64,000 bases of DNA from Balanoglossus misakiensis (lineage: Eukaryota > Animalia > Hemichordata): NCBI GenBank assembly GCA_040954595.2, contig CM082590.2, positions 4,464,001 to 4,528,000 of the forward strand, in the 5' to 3' direction. This document shows, piece by piece, positions 23,822 through 38,800 of the stretch. A program made the translations under genes and the position numbers. Each line of letters opens with the position of its first letter. Within the stretch, counting starts at the first letter, position 1. The notes under the pieces were generated by a model. It worked only from the letters and a program-made list of their open reading frames with translations, did no database searches and was not told the origin of the DNA.

Positions 23822-26800
23822 TTATTCACAATTTCAAAACCATAAGAGTGTTCGTAAGACGTTTGTAACTCTGTGTTTTGATTTTCTATCCCCAAAAAGG
23901 TTATTTGTAGAAATTGAACCAAGCAGAAATTCATCGAGTTTGGTGCGTTCTGCTTGCGCGTCGCTCCACCATTGATTACAATGGCACAGCTACGAAAACG
24001 TCGACCGTCAAGCAAAACATATCGGCAGATTTCTCGACTTTGAAGCGTGAACCTAAAACACTAAAACGAGCAGATTGTTCCATGATATCTATATAACATG
24101 TTGATATATCATTTTCGTTCTAAAATGTTAGAGTAAAACATTTTGAACGAGAGAGTTCTGGCGACAGCATTTCGGCAAAGCAGACGCACCAAAGGAACAG
24201 CGTCCACGCGCAATATACGTAGATTGCACCTGATTATACTCAATCAATGTTCCTGTACGCCAGTACTTCGCAAAATACACTGTCTTTTATATCATCAGGT
24301 CTTCTGTAGAGTCATTATTAAATCCTGTCTGTTTGGAACTGTCAGACTGAAACAGCTTTCTAGATGACCTTTTATGATTTCTACAACTTTTCACATTTAT
24401 TCACATTTAGGAAATGCTCCATTGTCTAACTCCATCCCAGATGTGCCCTAGATATAACTCAAATCATGCCTAACAGGAAAAGGACAAACCATTTTGACAT
24501 CGGGCAATATGCAGTCCAACAAAAATAAGGCCAGAGATATAGCTAGAGACATACAACTACAACAGCTGTTAGATGCTGAGTTAGCTGCAAAGACACTGCC
24601 AGAAAAAAGTTAAGAGCAAGTCAGAGAATAGATACAAGCTAGGGGCATGGGCGAGAGAGAGAAAGCGTAGACGTGAGGAAGAGGTAGCTCAGTACAGAGA
24701 GAAAATGCAGAAATTAGATGCAAACAGGAGACTAGTCGACAGAGCCAGTAAGCAACTAAACAGGCTAGCAAAGAAGCAAAGGAGATTAGCTGGAAATAGG
24801 GTTAAGCTTAATCAGGAGGTAAGATAATAATTATATAGAAGAAATTTAGCTTCATTTCAGATTTTCACAAGATTTATGATTACAAGCAGTATAGGAAAAT
24901 ATCCAACAAAAAGTTTGTATACTTTAAATGATTTTACAATTAAGTGAATCATAAAACACTTTGACCTTGCTTTAATGTATATGTACCAGAGTCAATAACA
25001 CTGAAATGAAAATATATGTTATGTGGAATAGAGATTTCATGTGTGTTTGTTTTCTAAATTCTGAACTACAGCTTTGACACACCTCCCTGTTTGACCTTGG
25101 CATGACACTGGGGTTTCCATTCATGTGTATTGCTTGCTCATGTACAATACGTATTGTTGTTTTCGATATTCTGATGGTTTAGTTTGAAGTTTATTGGTAT
25201 GCTGTCTGTTCAGCTTGGTATGTACAGGTACGTATCAGAAGCAGTTTACTTTGGGTTGTTAAGATTAAATTCTGTTTGTTCTATTTATGCGTATAGAATT
25301 TGACTTGGCAGAAACCACTCAACACACTTTATAGCTCAGAATGTTTGTTTAGTCGGCAGAAAAATACTCCACCACAATCAAGTAGCTACAAACATTTTTC
25401 AACCAGATCGTGATAAAATCGGCATTACCGTGAGCTACAGTTTATACATCTGACCTGGTTTCAAATAGCTATCATTGGTAACTATGTAAACAAAGAACAT
25501 AGCAACCACAACCAAGACAAAAACACGGCCGAAAAAATCAAATCTTAATGCATTAATATTATTCACAATTTCAAAACCATAAGATTGTTCGTAAAACGTT
25601 TGTAACTCTGTGTTTTGATTTTCTATCCCCAAAAAGGTTATTTGTAGAAATTGAACCAAGCAGAAATTCATCGAGTTTGGTGCGTTCTGCTTGCGCGTCG
25701 CTCCACCATTGATTACAATGGCACAGCTACGAAAACGTCGACCGTCAAGCAAAACATATCGGCAGATTTCTCGACTTTGAAGCGTGAACCTAAAACACCA
25801 AAACGAGCAGATTGTTCCATGATATCTATATAACATGTTGATATATCATTTTCGTTCTAAAATGTTAGAGTAAAACATTTTGAACGAGAGAGTTCTGGCG
25901 ACAGCATTTAGGCAAAGCAGACGCACCAAAGGAACAGCGTCCACGCACAATATACGTAGATTGCACCTGATTATACTCAATCAATGTTCCTGTACGCCAG
26001 TACTTCGCAAAATACACTGTCTTTTATATCATCAGGTCTTCTGTAGAGTCATTATTAAATCCTGTCTGTTGGGAACTGTCAGACTGAAACAGCTTTCTAG
26101 ATGACCTTTTATGATTTCTACAACTTTTCACATTTATTCACATTTAGGAAATGCTCCATTGTCTAACTCCATCCCAGATGTGCCCTAGATATAACTCAAA
26201 TCATGCCTAACAGGAAAAGGACAAACCATTTTGACATCGGGCAATATGCAGTCCAACAAAAATAAGGCCAGAGAAATAGCTAGAGACATACAACTACAAC
26301 AGCTGTTAGATGCTGAGTTAGCTGCAAAGACACTGCCAGAAAAAAGTTAAGAGCAAGTCAGAGAATAGATACAAGCTAGGGGCATGGGCGAGAGAGAGAA
26401 AGCGTAGACGTGAGGAAGAGGTAGCTCAGTACAGAGAGAAAATGCAGAAATTAGATGCAAAGAGGAGACTAGTCGACAGAGCCAGTAAGCAACTAAACAG
26501 GCTAGCAAAGAAGCAAAGGAGATTAGCTGGAAATAGGGTTAAGCTTAATCAGGAGGTAATATAATAATTATATAGAAGAAATTTAGCTTCATTTCAGATT
26601 TTCACAAGATTTATGATTACAAGCAGTATAGGAAAATATCCAACAAAAAGTTTGTATACTTTAAATTATTTTACAATTAAGTGAATCATAAAACACTTTG
26701 ACCTTGCTTTAATGTATATGTACCAGAGTCAATAACACTGAAATGAAAATATATGTTATGTGGAATAGAGATTTCATGTGTGTTTGTTTTCTAAATTCTG

Positions 26801-29800
26801 AACTACAGCTTTGACACACCTCCCTGTTTGACCTTGGCATGACACTGGGGTTTCCATTCATGTGTATTGCTTGCTCATGTACAATACGTATTGTTGTTTT
26901 CGATATTCTGATGGTTTAGTTTGAAGTTTATTGGTATGCTGTCTGTTCAGCTTGGTATGTACAGGTACGTATCAGAAGCAGTTTACTTTGGGTTGTTAAG
27001 ATTAAATTCTGTTTGTTCTATTTATGCGTATAGAATTTGACTTGGCAGAAACCACTCAACACACTTTATAGCTCAGAATGTTTGTTTAGTCGGCAGAAAA
27101 ACACTCCACCACAATCAAGTAGCTACAAACATTTTTCAACCAGATCGTGATAAAATCGGCATTACCGTGAGCTACAGTTTATACATCTGACCTGGTTTCA
27201 AATCGCTATCATTGGTAACTATGTAAACAAAGAACATAGCAACCACAACCAAGACAAAAACACGGCCGAAAAAATCAAATCTTAATGCATTAATATTATT
27301 CACAATTTCAAAACCATAAGATTGTTCGTAAAACGTTTGTAACTCTGTGTTTTGATTTTCTATCCCCAAAAAGGTTATTTGTAGAAATTGAACCAAGCAG
27401 AAATTCATCGAGTTTGGTGCGTTCTGCTTGCGCGTCGCTCCACCATTGATTACAATGGCACAGCTACGAAAACGTCGACCGTCAAGCAAAACATATCGGC
27501 AGATTTCTCGACTTTGAAGCGTGAACCTAAAACACCAAAACGAGCAGATTGTTCCATGATATCTATATAACATGTTGATATATCATTTTCGTTCTAAAAT
27601 GTTAGAGTAAAACATTTTGAACGAGAGAGTTCTGGCGACAGCATTTAGGCAAAGCAGACGCACCAAAGGAACAGCGTCCACGCGCAATATACGTAGATTG
27701 CACCTGATTATACTCAATCAATGTTCCTGTACGCCAGTACTTCGCAAAATACACTGTCTTTTATATCATCAGGTCTTCTGTAGAGTCATTATTAAATCCT
27801 GTCTGTTGGGAACTGTCAGACTGAAACAGCTTTCTAGATGACCTTTTATGATTTCTACAACTTTTCACATTTATTCACATTTAGGAAATGCTCCATTGTC
27901 TAACTCCATCCCAGATGTGCCCTAGATATAACTCAAATCATGCCTAACAGGAAAAGGACAAACCATTTTGACATCGGGCAATATGCAGTCCAACAAAAAT
28001 AAGGCCAGAGAAATAGCTAGAGACATACATCTACAACAGCTGTTAGATGCTGAGTTAGCTGCAAAGACACTGCCAGAAAAAAGTTAAGAGCAAGTCAGAG
28101 AATAGATACAAGCTAGGGGCATGGGCGAGAGAGAGAAAGCGTAGACGTGAGGAAGAGGTAGCTCAGTACAGAGAGAAAATGCAGAAATTAGATGCAAAGA
28201 GGAGACTAGTCGACAGAGCCAGTAAGCAACTAAACAGGCTAGCAAAGAAGCAAAGGAGATTAGCTGGAAATAGGGTTAAGCTTAATCAGGAGGTAATATA
28301 ATAATTATATAGAAGAAATTTAGCTTCATTTCAGATTTTCACAAGATTTATGATTACAAGCAGTATAGGAAAATATCCAACAAAAAGTTTGTATACTTTA
28401 AATTATTTTACAATTAAGTGAATCATAAAACACTTTGACCTTGCTTTAATGTATATGTACCAGAGTCAATAACACTGAAATGAAAATATATGTTATGTGG
28501 AATAGAGATTTCATGTGTGTTTGTTTTCTAAATTCTGAACTACAGCTTTGACACACCTCCCTGTTTGACCTTGGCATGACACTGGGGTTTCCATTCATGT
28601 GTATTGCTTGCTCATGTACAATACGTATTGTTGTTTTCGATATTCTGATGGTTTAGTTTGAAGTTTATTGGTATGCTGTCTGTTCAGCTTGGTATGTACA
28701 GGTACGTATCAGAAGCAGTTTACGTTGGGTTGTTAAGATTAAATTCTGTTTGTTCTATTTATGCGTATAGAATTTGACTTGGCAGAAACCACTCAACACA
28801 CTTTATAGCTCAGAATGTTTGTTTAGTCGGCAGAAAAACACTCCACCACAATCAAGTAGCTACAAACATTTTTCAACCAGATCGTGATAAAATCGGCATT
28901 ACCGTGAGCTACAGTTTATACATCTGACCTGGTTTCAAATCGCTATCATTGGTAACTATGTAAACAAAGAACATAGCAACCACAACCAAGACAAAAACAC
29001 GGCCGAAAAAATCAAATCTTAATGCATTAATATTATTCACAATTTCAAAACCATAAGATTGTTCGTAAAACGTTTGTAACTCTGTGTTTTGATTTTCTAT
29101 CCCCAAAAAGGTTATTTGTAGAAATTGAACCAAGCAGAAATTCATCGAGTTTGGTGCGTTCTGCTTGCGCGTCGCTCCACCATTGATTACAATGGCACAG
29201 CTACGAAAACGTCGACCGTCAAGCAAAACATATCGGCAGATTTCTCGACTTTGAAGCGTGAACCTAAAACACCAAAACGAGCAGATTGTTCCATGATATC
29301 TATATAACATGTTGATATATCATTTTCGTTCTAAAATGTTAGAGTAAAACATTTTGAACGAGAGAGTTCTGGCGACAGCATTTAGGCAAAGCAGACGCAC
29401 CAAAGGAACAGCGTCCACGCGCAATATACGTAGATTGCACCTGATTATACTCAATCAATGTTCCTGTACGCCAGTACTTCGCAAAATACACTGTCTTTTA
29501 TATCATCAGGTCTTCTGTAGAGTCATTATTAAATCCTGTCTGTTTGGAACTGTCAGACTGAAACAGCTTTCTAGATGACCTTTTATGATTTCTACAACTT
29601 TTCACATTTATTCACATTTAGGAAATGCTCCATTGTCTAACTCCATCCCAGATGTGCCCTAGATATAACTCAAATCATGCCTAACAGGAAAAGGACAAAC
29701 CATTTTGACATCGGGCAATATGCAGTCCAACAAAAATAAGGCCAGAGAAATAGCTAGAGACATACAACTACAACAGCTGTTAGATGCTGAGTTAGCTGCA

Positions 29801-32800
29801 AAGACACTGCCAGAAAAAAGTTAAGAGCAAGTCAGAGAATAGATACAAGCTAGGGGCATGGGCGAGAGAGAGAAAGCGTAGACGTGAGGAAGAGGTAGCT
29901 CAGTACAGAGAGAAAATGCAGAAATTAGATGCAAAGAGGAGACTAGTCGACAGAGCCAGTAAGCAACTAAACAGGCTAGCAAAGAAGCAAAGGAGATTAG
30001 CTGGAAATAGGGTTAAGCTTAATCAGGAGGTAAGATAATAATTATATAGAAGAAATTTAGCTTCATTTCAGATTTTCACAAGATTTATGATTACAAGCAG
30101 TATAGGAAAATATCCAACAAAAAGTTTGTATACTTTAAATTATTTTACAATTAAGTGAATCATAAAACACTTTGACCTTGCTTTAATGTATATGTACCAG
30201 AGTCAATAACACTGAAATGAAAATATATGTTATGTGGAATAAAGATTTAATGTGTGTTTGTTTTCTAAATTCTGAACTACAGCTTTGACACACCTCCCTG
30301 TTTGACCTTGGCATGACACTGGGGTTTCCATTCATGTGTATTGCTTGCTCATGTACAATACGTATTGTTGTTTTCGATATTCTGATGGTTTAGTTTGAAG
30401 TTTATTGGTATGCTGTCTGTTCAGCTTGGTATGTACAGGTACGTATCAGAAGCAGTTTACTTTGGGTTGTTAAGATTAAATTCTGTTTGTTCTATTTATG
30501 CGTATAGAATTTGACTTGGCAGAAACCACTCAACACACTTTATAGCTCAGAATGTTTGTTTAGTCGGCAGAAAAACACTCCACCACAATCAAGTAGCTAC
30601 AAACATTTTTCAACCAGATCGTGATAAAATCGGCATTACCGTGAGCTACAGTTTATACATCTGACCTGGTTTCAAATCGCTATCATTGGTAACTATGTAA
30701 ACAAAGAACATAGCAACCACAACCAAGACAAAAACACGGCCGAAAAAATCAAATCTTAATGCATTAATATTATTCACAATTTCAAAACCATAAGATTGTT
30801 CGTAAAACGTTTGTAACTCTGTGTTTTGATTTTCTATCCCCAAAAAGGTTATTTGTAGAAATTGAACCAAGCAGAAATTCATCGAGTTTGGTGCGTTCTG
30901 CTTGCGCGTCGCTCCACCATTGATTACAATGGCACAGCTACGAAAACGTCGACCGTCAAGCAAAACATATCGGCAGATTTCTCGACTTTGAAGCGTGAAC
31001 CTAAAACACCAAAACGAGCAGATTGTTCCATGATATCTATATAACATGTTGATATATCATTTTCGTTCTAAAATGTTAGAGTAAAACATTTTGAACGAGA
31101 GAGTTCTGGCGACAGCATTTAGGCAAAGCAGACGCACCAAAGGAACAGCGTCCACGCGCAATATACGTAGATTGCACCTGATTATACTCAATCAATGTTC
31201 CTGTACGCCAGTACTTCGCAAAATACACTGTCTTTTATATCATCAGGTCTTCTGTAGAGTCATTATTAAATCCTGTCTGTTTGGAACTGTCAGACTGAAA
31301 CAGCTTTCTAGATGACCTTTTATGATTTCTACAACTTTTCACATTTATTCACATTTAGGAAATGCTCCATTGTCTAACTCCATCCCAGATGTGCCCTAGA
31401 TATAACTCAAATCATGCCTAACAGGAAAAGGACAAACCATTTTGACATCGGGCAATATGCAGTCCAACAAAAATAAGGCCAGAGAAATAGCTAGAGACAT
31501 ACAACTACAACAGCTGTTAGATGCTGAGTTAGCTGCAAAGACACTGCCAGAAAAAAGTTAAGAGCAAGTCAGAGAATAGATACAAGCTAGGGGCATGGGC
31601 GAGAGAGAGAAAGCGTAGACGTGAGGAAGAGGTAGCTCAGTACAGAGAGAAAATGCAGAAATTAGATGCAAAGAGGAGACTAGTCGACAGAGCCAGTAAG
31701 CAACTAAACAGGCTAGCAAAGAAGCAAAGGAGATTAGCTGGAAATAGGGTTAAGCTTAATCAGGAGGTAATATAATAATTATATAGAAGAAATTTAGCTT
31801 CATTTCAGATTTTCACAAGATTTATGATTACAAGCAGTATAGGAAAATATCCAACAAAAAGTTTGTATACTTTAAATTATTTTACAATTAAGTGAATCAT
31901 AAAACACTTTGACCTTGCTTTAATGTATATGTACCAGAGTCAATAACACTGAAATGAAAATATATGTTATGTGGAATAGAGATTTCATGTGTGTTTGTTT
32001 TCTAAATTCTGAACTACAGCTTTGACACACCTCCCTGTTTGACCTTGGCATGACACTGGGGTTTCCATTCATGTGTATTGCTTGCTCATGTACAATACGT
32101 ATTGTTGTTTTCGATATTCTGATGGTTTAGTTTGAAGTTTATTGGTATGCTGTCTGTTCAGCTTGGTATGTACAGGTACGTATCAGAAGCAGTTTACGTT
32201 GGGTTGTTAAGATTAAATTCTGTTTGTTCTATTTATGCGTATAGAATTTGACTTGGCAGAAACCACTCAACACACTTTATAGCTCAGAATGTTTGTTTAG
32301 TCGGCAGAAAAACACTCCACCACAATCAAGTAGCTACAAACATTTTTCAACCAGATCGTGATAAAATCGGCATTACCGTGAGCTACAGTTTATACATCTG
32401 ACCTGGTTTCAAATCGCTATCATTGGTAACTATGTAAACAAAGAACATAGCAACCACAACCAAGACAAAAACACGGCCGAAAAAATCAAATCTTAATGCA
32501 TTAATATTATTCACAATTTCAAAACCATAAGATTGTTCGTAAAACGTTTGTAACTCTGTGTTTTGATTTTCTATCCCCAAAAAGGTTATTTGTAGAAATT
32601 GAACCAAGCAGAAATTCATCGAGTTTGGTGCGTTCTGCTTGCGCGTCGCTCCACCATTGATTACAATGGCACAGCTACGAAAACGTCGACCGTCAAGCAA
32701 AACATATCGGCAGATTTCTCGACTTTGAAGCGTGAACCTAAAACACCAAAACGAGCAGATTGTTCCATGATATCTATATAACATGTTGATATATCATTTT

Positions 32801-35800
32801 CGTTCTAAAATGTTAGAGTAAAACATTTTGAACGAGAGAGTTCTGGCGACAGCATTTAGGCAAAGCAGACGCACCAAAGGAACAGCGTCCACGCGCAATA
32901 TACGTAGATTGCACCTGATTATACTCAATCAATGTTCCTGTACGCCAGTACTTCGCAAAATACACTGTCTTTTATATCATCAGGTCTTCTGTAGAGTCAT
33001 TATTAAATCCTGTCTGTTTGGAACTGTCAGACTGAAACAGCTTTCTAGATGACCTTTTATGATTTCTACAACTTTTCACATGTATTCACATTTAGGAAAT
33101 GCTCCATTGTCTAACTCCATCCCAGATGTGCCCTAGATATAACTCAAATCATGCCTAACAGGAAAAGGACAAACCATTTTGACATCGGGCAATATGCAGT
33201 CCAACAAAAATAAGGCCAGAGAAATAGCTAGAGACATACAACTACAACAGCTGTTAGATGCTGAGTTAGCTGCAAAGACACTGCCAGAAAAAAGTTAAGA
33301 GCAAGTCAGAGAATAGATACAAGCTAGGGGCATGGGCGAGAGAGAGAAAGCGTAGACGTGAGGAAGAGGTAGCTCAGTACAGAGAGAAAATGCAGAAATT
33401 AGATGCAAAGAGGAGACTAGTCGACAGAGCCAGTAAGCAACTAAACAGGCTAGCAAAGAAGCAAAGGAGATTAGCTGGAAATAGGGTTAAGCTTAATCAG
33501 GAGGTAAGATAATAATTATATAGAAGAAATTTAGCTTCATTTCAGATTTTCACAAGATTTATGATTACAAGCAGTATAGGAAAATATCCAACAAAAAGTT
33601 TGTATACTTTAAATTATTTTACAATTAAGTGAATCATAAAACACTTTGACCTTGCTTTAATGTATATGTACCAGAGTCAATAACACTGAAATGAAAATAT
33701 ATGTTATGTGGAATAAAGATTTAATGTGTGTTTGTTTTCTAAATTCTGAACTACAGCTTTGACACACCTCCCTGTTTGACCTTGGCATGACACTGGGGTT
33801 TCCATTCATGTGTATTGCTTGCTCATGTACAATACGTATTGTTGTTTTCGATATTCTGATGGTTTAGTTTGAAGTTTATTGGTATGCTGTCTGTTCAGCT
33901 TGGTATGTACAGGTACGTATCAGAAGCAGTTTACTTTGGGTTGTTAAGATTAAATTCTGTTTGTTCTATTTATGCGTATAGAATTTGACTTGGCAGAAAC
34001 CACTCAACACACTTTATAGCTCAGAATGTTTGTTTAGTCGGCAGAAAAACACTCCACCACAATCAAGTAGCTACAAACATTTTTCAACCAGATCGTGATA
34101 AAATCGGCATTACCGTGAGCTACAGTTTATACATCTGACCTGGTTTCAAATCGCTATCATTGGTAACTATGTAAACAAAGAACATAGCAACCACAACCAA
34201 GACAAAAACACGGCCGAAAAAATCAAATCTTAATGCATTAATATTATTCACAATTTCAAAACCATAAGATTGTTCGTAAAACGTTTGTAACTCTGTGTTT
34301 TGATTTTCTATCCCCAAAAAGGTTATTTGTAGAAATTGAACCAAGCAGAAATTCATCGAGTTTGGTGCGTTCTGCTTGCGCGTCGCTCCACCATTGATTA
34401 CAATGGCACAGCTACGAAAACGTCGACCGTCAAGCAAAACATATCGGCAGATTTCTCGACTTTGAAGCGTGAACCTAAAACACCAAAACGAGCAGATTGT
34501 TCCATGATATCTATATAACATGTTGATATATCATTTTCGTTCTAAAATGTTAGAGTAAAACATTTTGAACGAGAGAGTTCTGGCGACAGCATTTAGGCAA
34601 AGCAGACGCACCAAAGGAACAGCGTCCACGCGCAATATACGTAGATTGCACCTGATTATACTCAATCAATGTTCCTGTACGCCAGTACTTCGCAAAATAC
34701 ACTGTCTTTTATATCATCAGGTCTTCTGTAGAGTCATTCTTAAATCCTGTCTGTTTGGAACTGTCAGACTGAAACAGCTTTCTAGATGACCTTTTATGAT
34801 TTCTACAACTTTTCACATTTATTCACATTTAGGAAATGCTCCATTGTCTAACTCCATCCCAGATGTGCCCTAGATATAACTCAAATCATGCCTAACAGGA
34901 AAAGGACAAACCATTTTGACATCGGGCAATATGCAGTCCAACAAAAATAAGGCCAGAGAAATAGCTAGAGACATACAACTACAACAGCTGTTAGATGCTG
35001 AGTTAGCTGCAAAGACACTGCCAGAAAAAAGTTAAGAGCAAGTCAGAGAATAGATACAAGCTAGGGGCATGGGCGAGAGAGAGAAAGCGTAGACGTGAGG
35101 AAGAGGTAGCTTAGTACAGAGAGAAAATGCAGAAATTAGATGCAAAGAGGAGACTAGTCGACAGAGCCAGTAAGCAACTAAACAGGCTAGCAAAGAAGCA
35201 AAGGAGATTAGCTGGAAATAGGGTTAAGCTTAATCAGGAGGTAAGATAATAATTATATAGAAGAAATTTAGCTTCATTTCAGATTTTCACAAGATTTATG
35301 ATTACAAGCAGTATAGGAAAATATCCAACAAAAAGTTTGTATACTTTAAATTATTTTACAATTAAGTGAATCATAAAACACTTTGACCTTGCTTTAATGT
35401 ATATGTACCAGAGTCAATAACACTGAAATGAAAATATATGTTATGTGGAATAGAGATTTCATGTGAGTTTGTTTTCTTAATTCTGAACTACAGCTTTGAC
35501 ACACCTCCCTGTTTGACCTTGGCATGACACTGGGGTTTCCATTCATGTGTATTGCTTGCTCATGTACAATACGTATTGTTGTTTTCGATATTCTGATGGT
35601 TTAGTTTGAAGTTTATTGGTATGCTGTCTGTTCAGTTTGGAATGTACAGGTACGTATCAGAAGCAGTTTACGTTGGGTCTTAAAGATTAAATACTGTTTG
35701 TTCTATTGGCTTTACGCGTATAGACTTTGACGGAAACCACTCACCACACTTAATATATAGCACAGGGTGTTTGTTTAGTCGGTAGAAAAACACTCCACCA

Positions 35801-38800
35801 CAATCAAGTAGCTAAAAACATTTTTCAACCAGATCGTGACAAAATCGGAATTATCGTTAGCTACAGTTTATACATCTGACCTGGTTTCAAATCGCTGTCA
35901 TTTGTAACTATGTAAACAAAGAACATAGCAACCACAACCAAGACAGAAAAACGGCCGAAAAATTCGATTCTTAATGCATTATTCACAATTTCCAAACCAT
36001 ACGAGTGTTCGTAAAACGTTTGTAACTCAGTGATTTGATTTTCTATCCCCAAATAGGTTATTTGTAGAAATTGATCCAAGCAGAAATTCATCGAGTTTGG
36101 TGCGTTCTGCCTGCGCGTCGCTCTACCATTGATTACAATGGCAAAGCTACGAAAACGTCGACCGTCAAGCAAAACATATCGGCAGATTTCTCGAATTTGA
36201 AGGGTGAACCTAAAACACCACAACGAGCAGATTGTTCCATGATATCTATATAACATGTTGATATATCATTTTCGTTCTAAAATGTTAGAGTAAAAATTTT
36301 GAACGAGAGAGGAATGGCGACAGCATTTAGGCAAAGCAGACGCACCAAAGGAACTGCGTCCACCCGCAATATACGTAGATTGCACCTGATTATACTCAAT
36401 CAATGTTCCTGTACTTGCAACAGTATCCAGTATTTCGCAAAATACACTGTATATTATATCATCAGGTCTTCTGTAGAGTCATTAAATACTGTCTGTTTGG
36501 AACTGTCAGACTGAAACAGCTTTCTAGATGACCTTTTATGATTTCTACTACTTTTCACATTTATTCATATTTAGGAAATGCTCCATTGTCTAACTCCATC
36601 CCAGATGTGCCCTAGATATAACTCAAATCATGCCTAACAGGAAAAGGACAAACCATTTTGACATCGGGCAATATGCAGTCCAACAAAAATAAGGCCAGAG
36701 AAATAGCTAGAGACATACAACTACAACAGCTGTTAGATGCTGAGTTAGCTGCAAAGACACTGCCAGAAAAAAGTTAAGAGCAAGTCAGAGAATAGATACA
36801 AGCTAGGGGCATGGGCGAGAGAGAGAAAGCGTAGACGCGAGGAAGAGGTAGCTCAGTACAGAGAAAATGCAGAAATTAGATGCAAAGAGGAGACTAGTCG
36901 ACAGAGCCAGTAAGCAACTAAACAGGCTAGCAAAGAAGCAAAGGAGATTAGCTGGAAATAGGGTTAAGCTTAATCAGGAGGTAAGATAATAATTATATAG
37001 AAGAAATTTAGCTTCATTTCAGATTTTCACAAGATTTATGATTACAAGCAGTATAGGAAAATATCCAACAAAAAGTTTGTATACTTTAAATTATTTTACA
37101 ATTAAGTGAATCATAAAACACTTTGACCTTGCTTTAATGTATATGTACCAGAGTCAATAACACTGAAATGAAAATATATGTTATGTGGAATAGAGATTTA
37201 ATGTGTGTTTGTTTTCTAAATTCTGAACTACAGCTTTGACACACCTCCCTGTTTGACCTTGGCATGACACTGGGGTTTCCATTCATGTGTATTGCTTGCT
37301 CATGTACAATACGTATTGTTGTTTTCGATATTCTGATGGTTTAGTTTGAAGTTTATTGGTATGCTGTCTGTTCAGCTTGGTATGTACAGGTACGTATCAG
37401 AAGCAGTTTACTTTGGGTTGTTAAGATTAAATTCTGTTTGTTCTATTTATGCGTATAGAATTTGACTTGGCAGAAACCACTCAACACACTTTATAGCTCA
37501 GAATGTTTGTTTAGTCGGCAGAAAAACACTCCACCACAATCAAGTAGCTACAAACATTTTTCAACCAGATCGTGACAAAATCGGCATTACCGTGAGCTAC
37601 AGTTTATACATCTGACCTGGTTTCAAATCGCTATCATTGGTAACTATGTAAACAAAGAACATAGCAACCACAACCAAGACAAAAACACGGCCGAAAAAAT
37701 CAAATCTTAATGCATTAATATTATTCACAATTTCAAAACCATAAGATTGTTCGTAAAACGTTTGTAACTCTGTGTTTTGATTTTCTATCCCCAAAAAGGT
37801 TATTTGTAGAAATTGAACCAAGCAGAAATTCATCGAGTTTGGTGCGTTCTGCTTGCGCGTCGCTCCACCATTGATTACAATGGCACAGCTACGAAAACGT
37901 CGACCGTCAAGCAAAACATATCGGCAGATTTCTCGACTTTGAAGCGTGAACCTAAAACACCACAACGAGCAGATTGTTCCATGATATCTATATAACATGT
38001 TGATATATCATTTTCGTTCTAAAATGTTAGAGTAAAACATTTTGAACGAGAGAGTTCTGGCGACAGCATTTCGGCAAAGCAGACGCACCAAAGGAACAGC
38101 GTCCACGCGCAATATACGTAGATTGCACCTGATTATACTCAATCAATGTTCCTGTACGCCAGTAATTCGCAAAATACACTGTCTTTTATATCATCAGGTC
38201 TTCTGTAGAGTCATTATTAAATCCTGTCTGTTGGGAACTGTCAGACTGAAACAGCTTTCTAGATGACCTTTTATGATTTCTACAACTTTTCACATTTATT
38301 CACATTTAGGAAATGCTCCATTGTCTAACTCCATCCCAGATGTGCCCTAGATATAACTCAAATCATGCCTAACAGGAAAAGGGCAAACCATTTTGACATC
38401 GGGCAATATGCAGTCCAACAAAAATAAGGCCAGAGAAATAGCTAGAGACATACAACTACAACAGCTGTTAGATGCTGAGTTAGCTGCAAAGACACTGCCA
38501 GAAAAAAGTTAAGAGCAAGTCAGAGAATAGATACAAGCTAGGGGCATGGGCGAGAGAGAGAAAGCGTAGACGTGAGGAAGAGGTAGCTCAGTACAGAGAG
38601 AAAATGCAGAAATTAGATGCAAAGAGGAGACTAGTCGACAGAGCCAGTAAGCAACTAAACAGGCTAGCAAAGAAGCAAAGGAGATTAGCTGGAAATAGGG
38701 TTAAGCTTAATCAGGAGGTAAGATAATAATTATATAGAAGAAATTTAGCTTCATTTCAGATTTTCACAAGATTTATGATTACAAGCAGTATAGGAAAATA

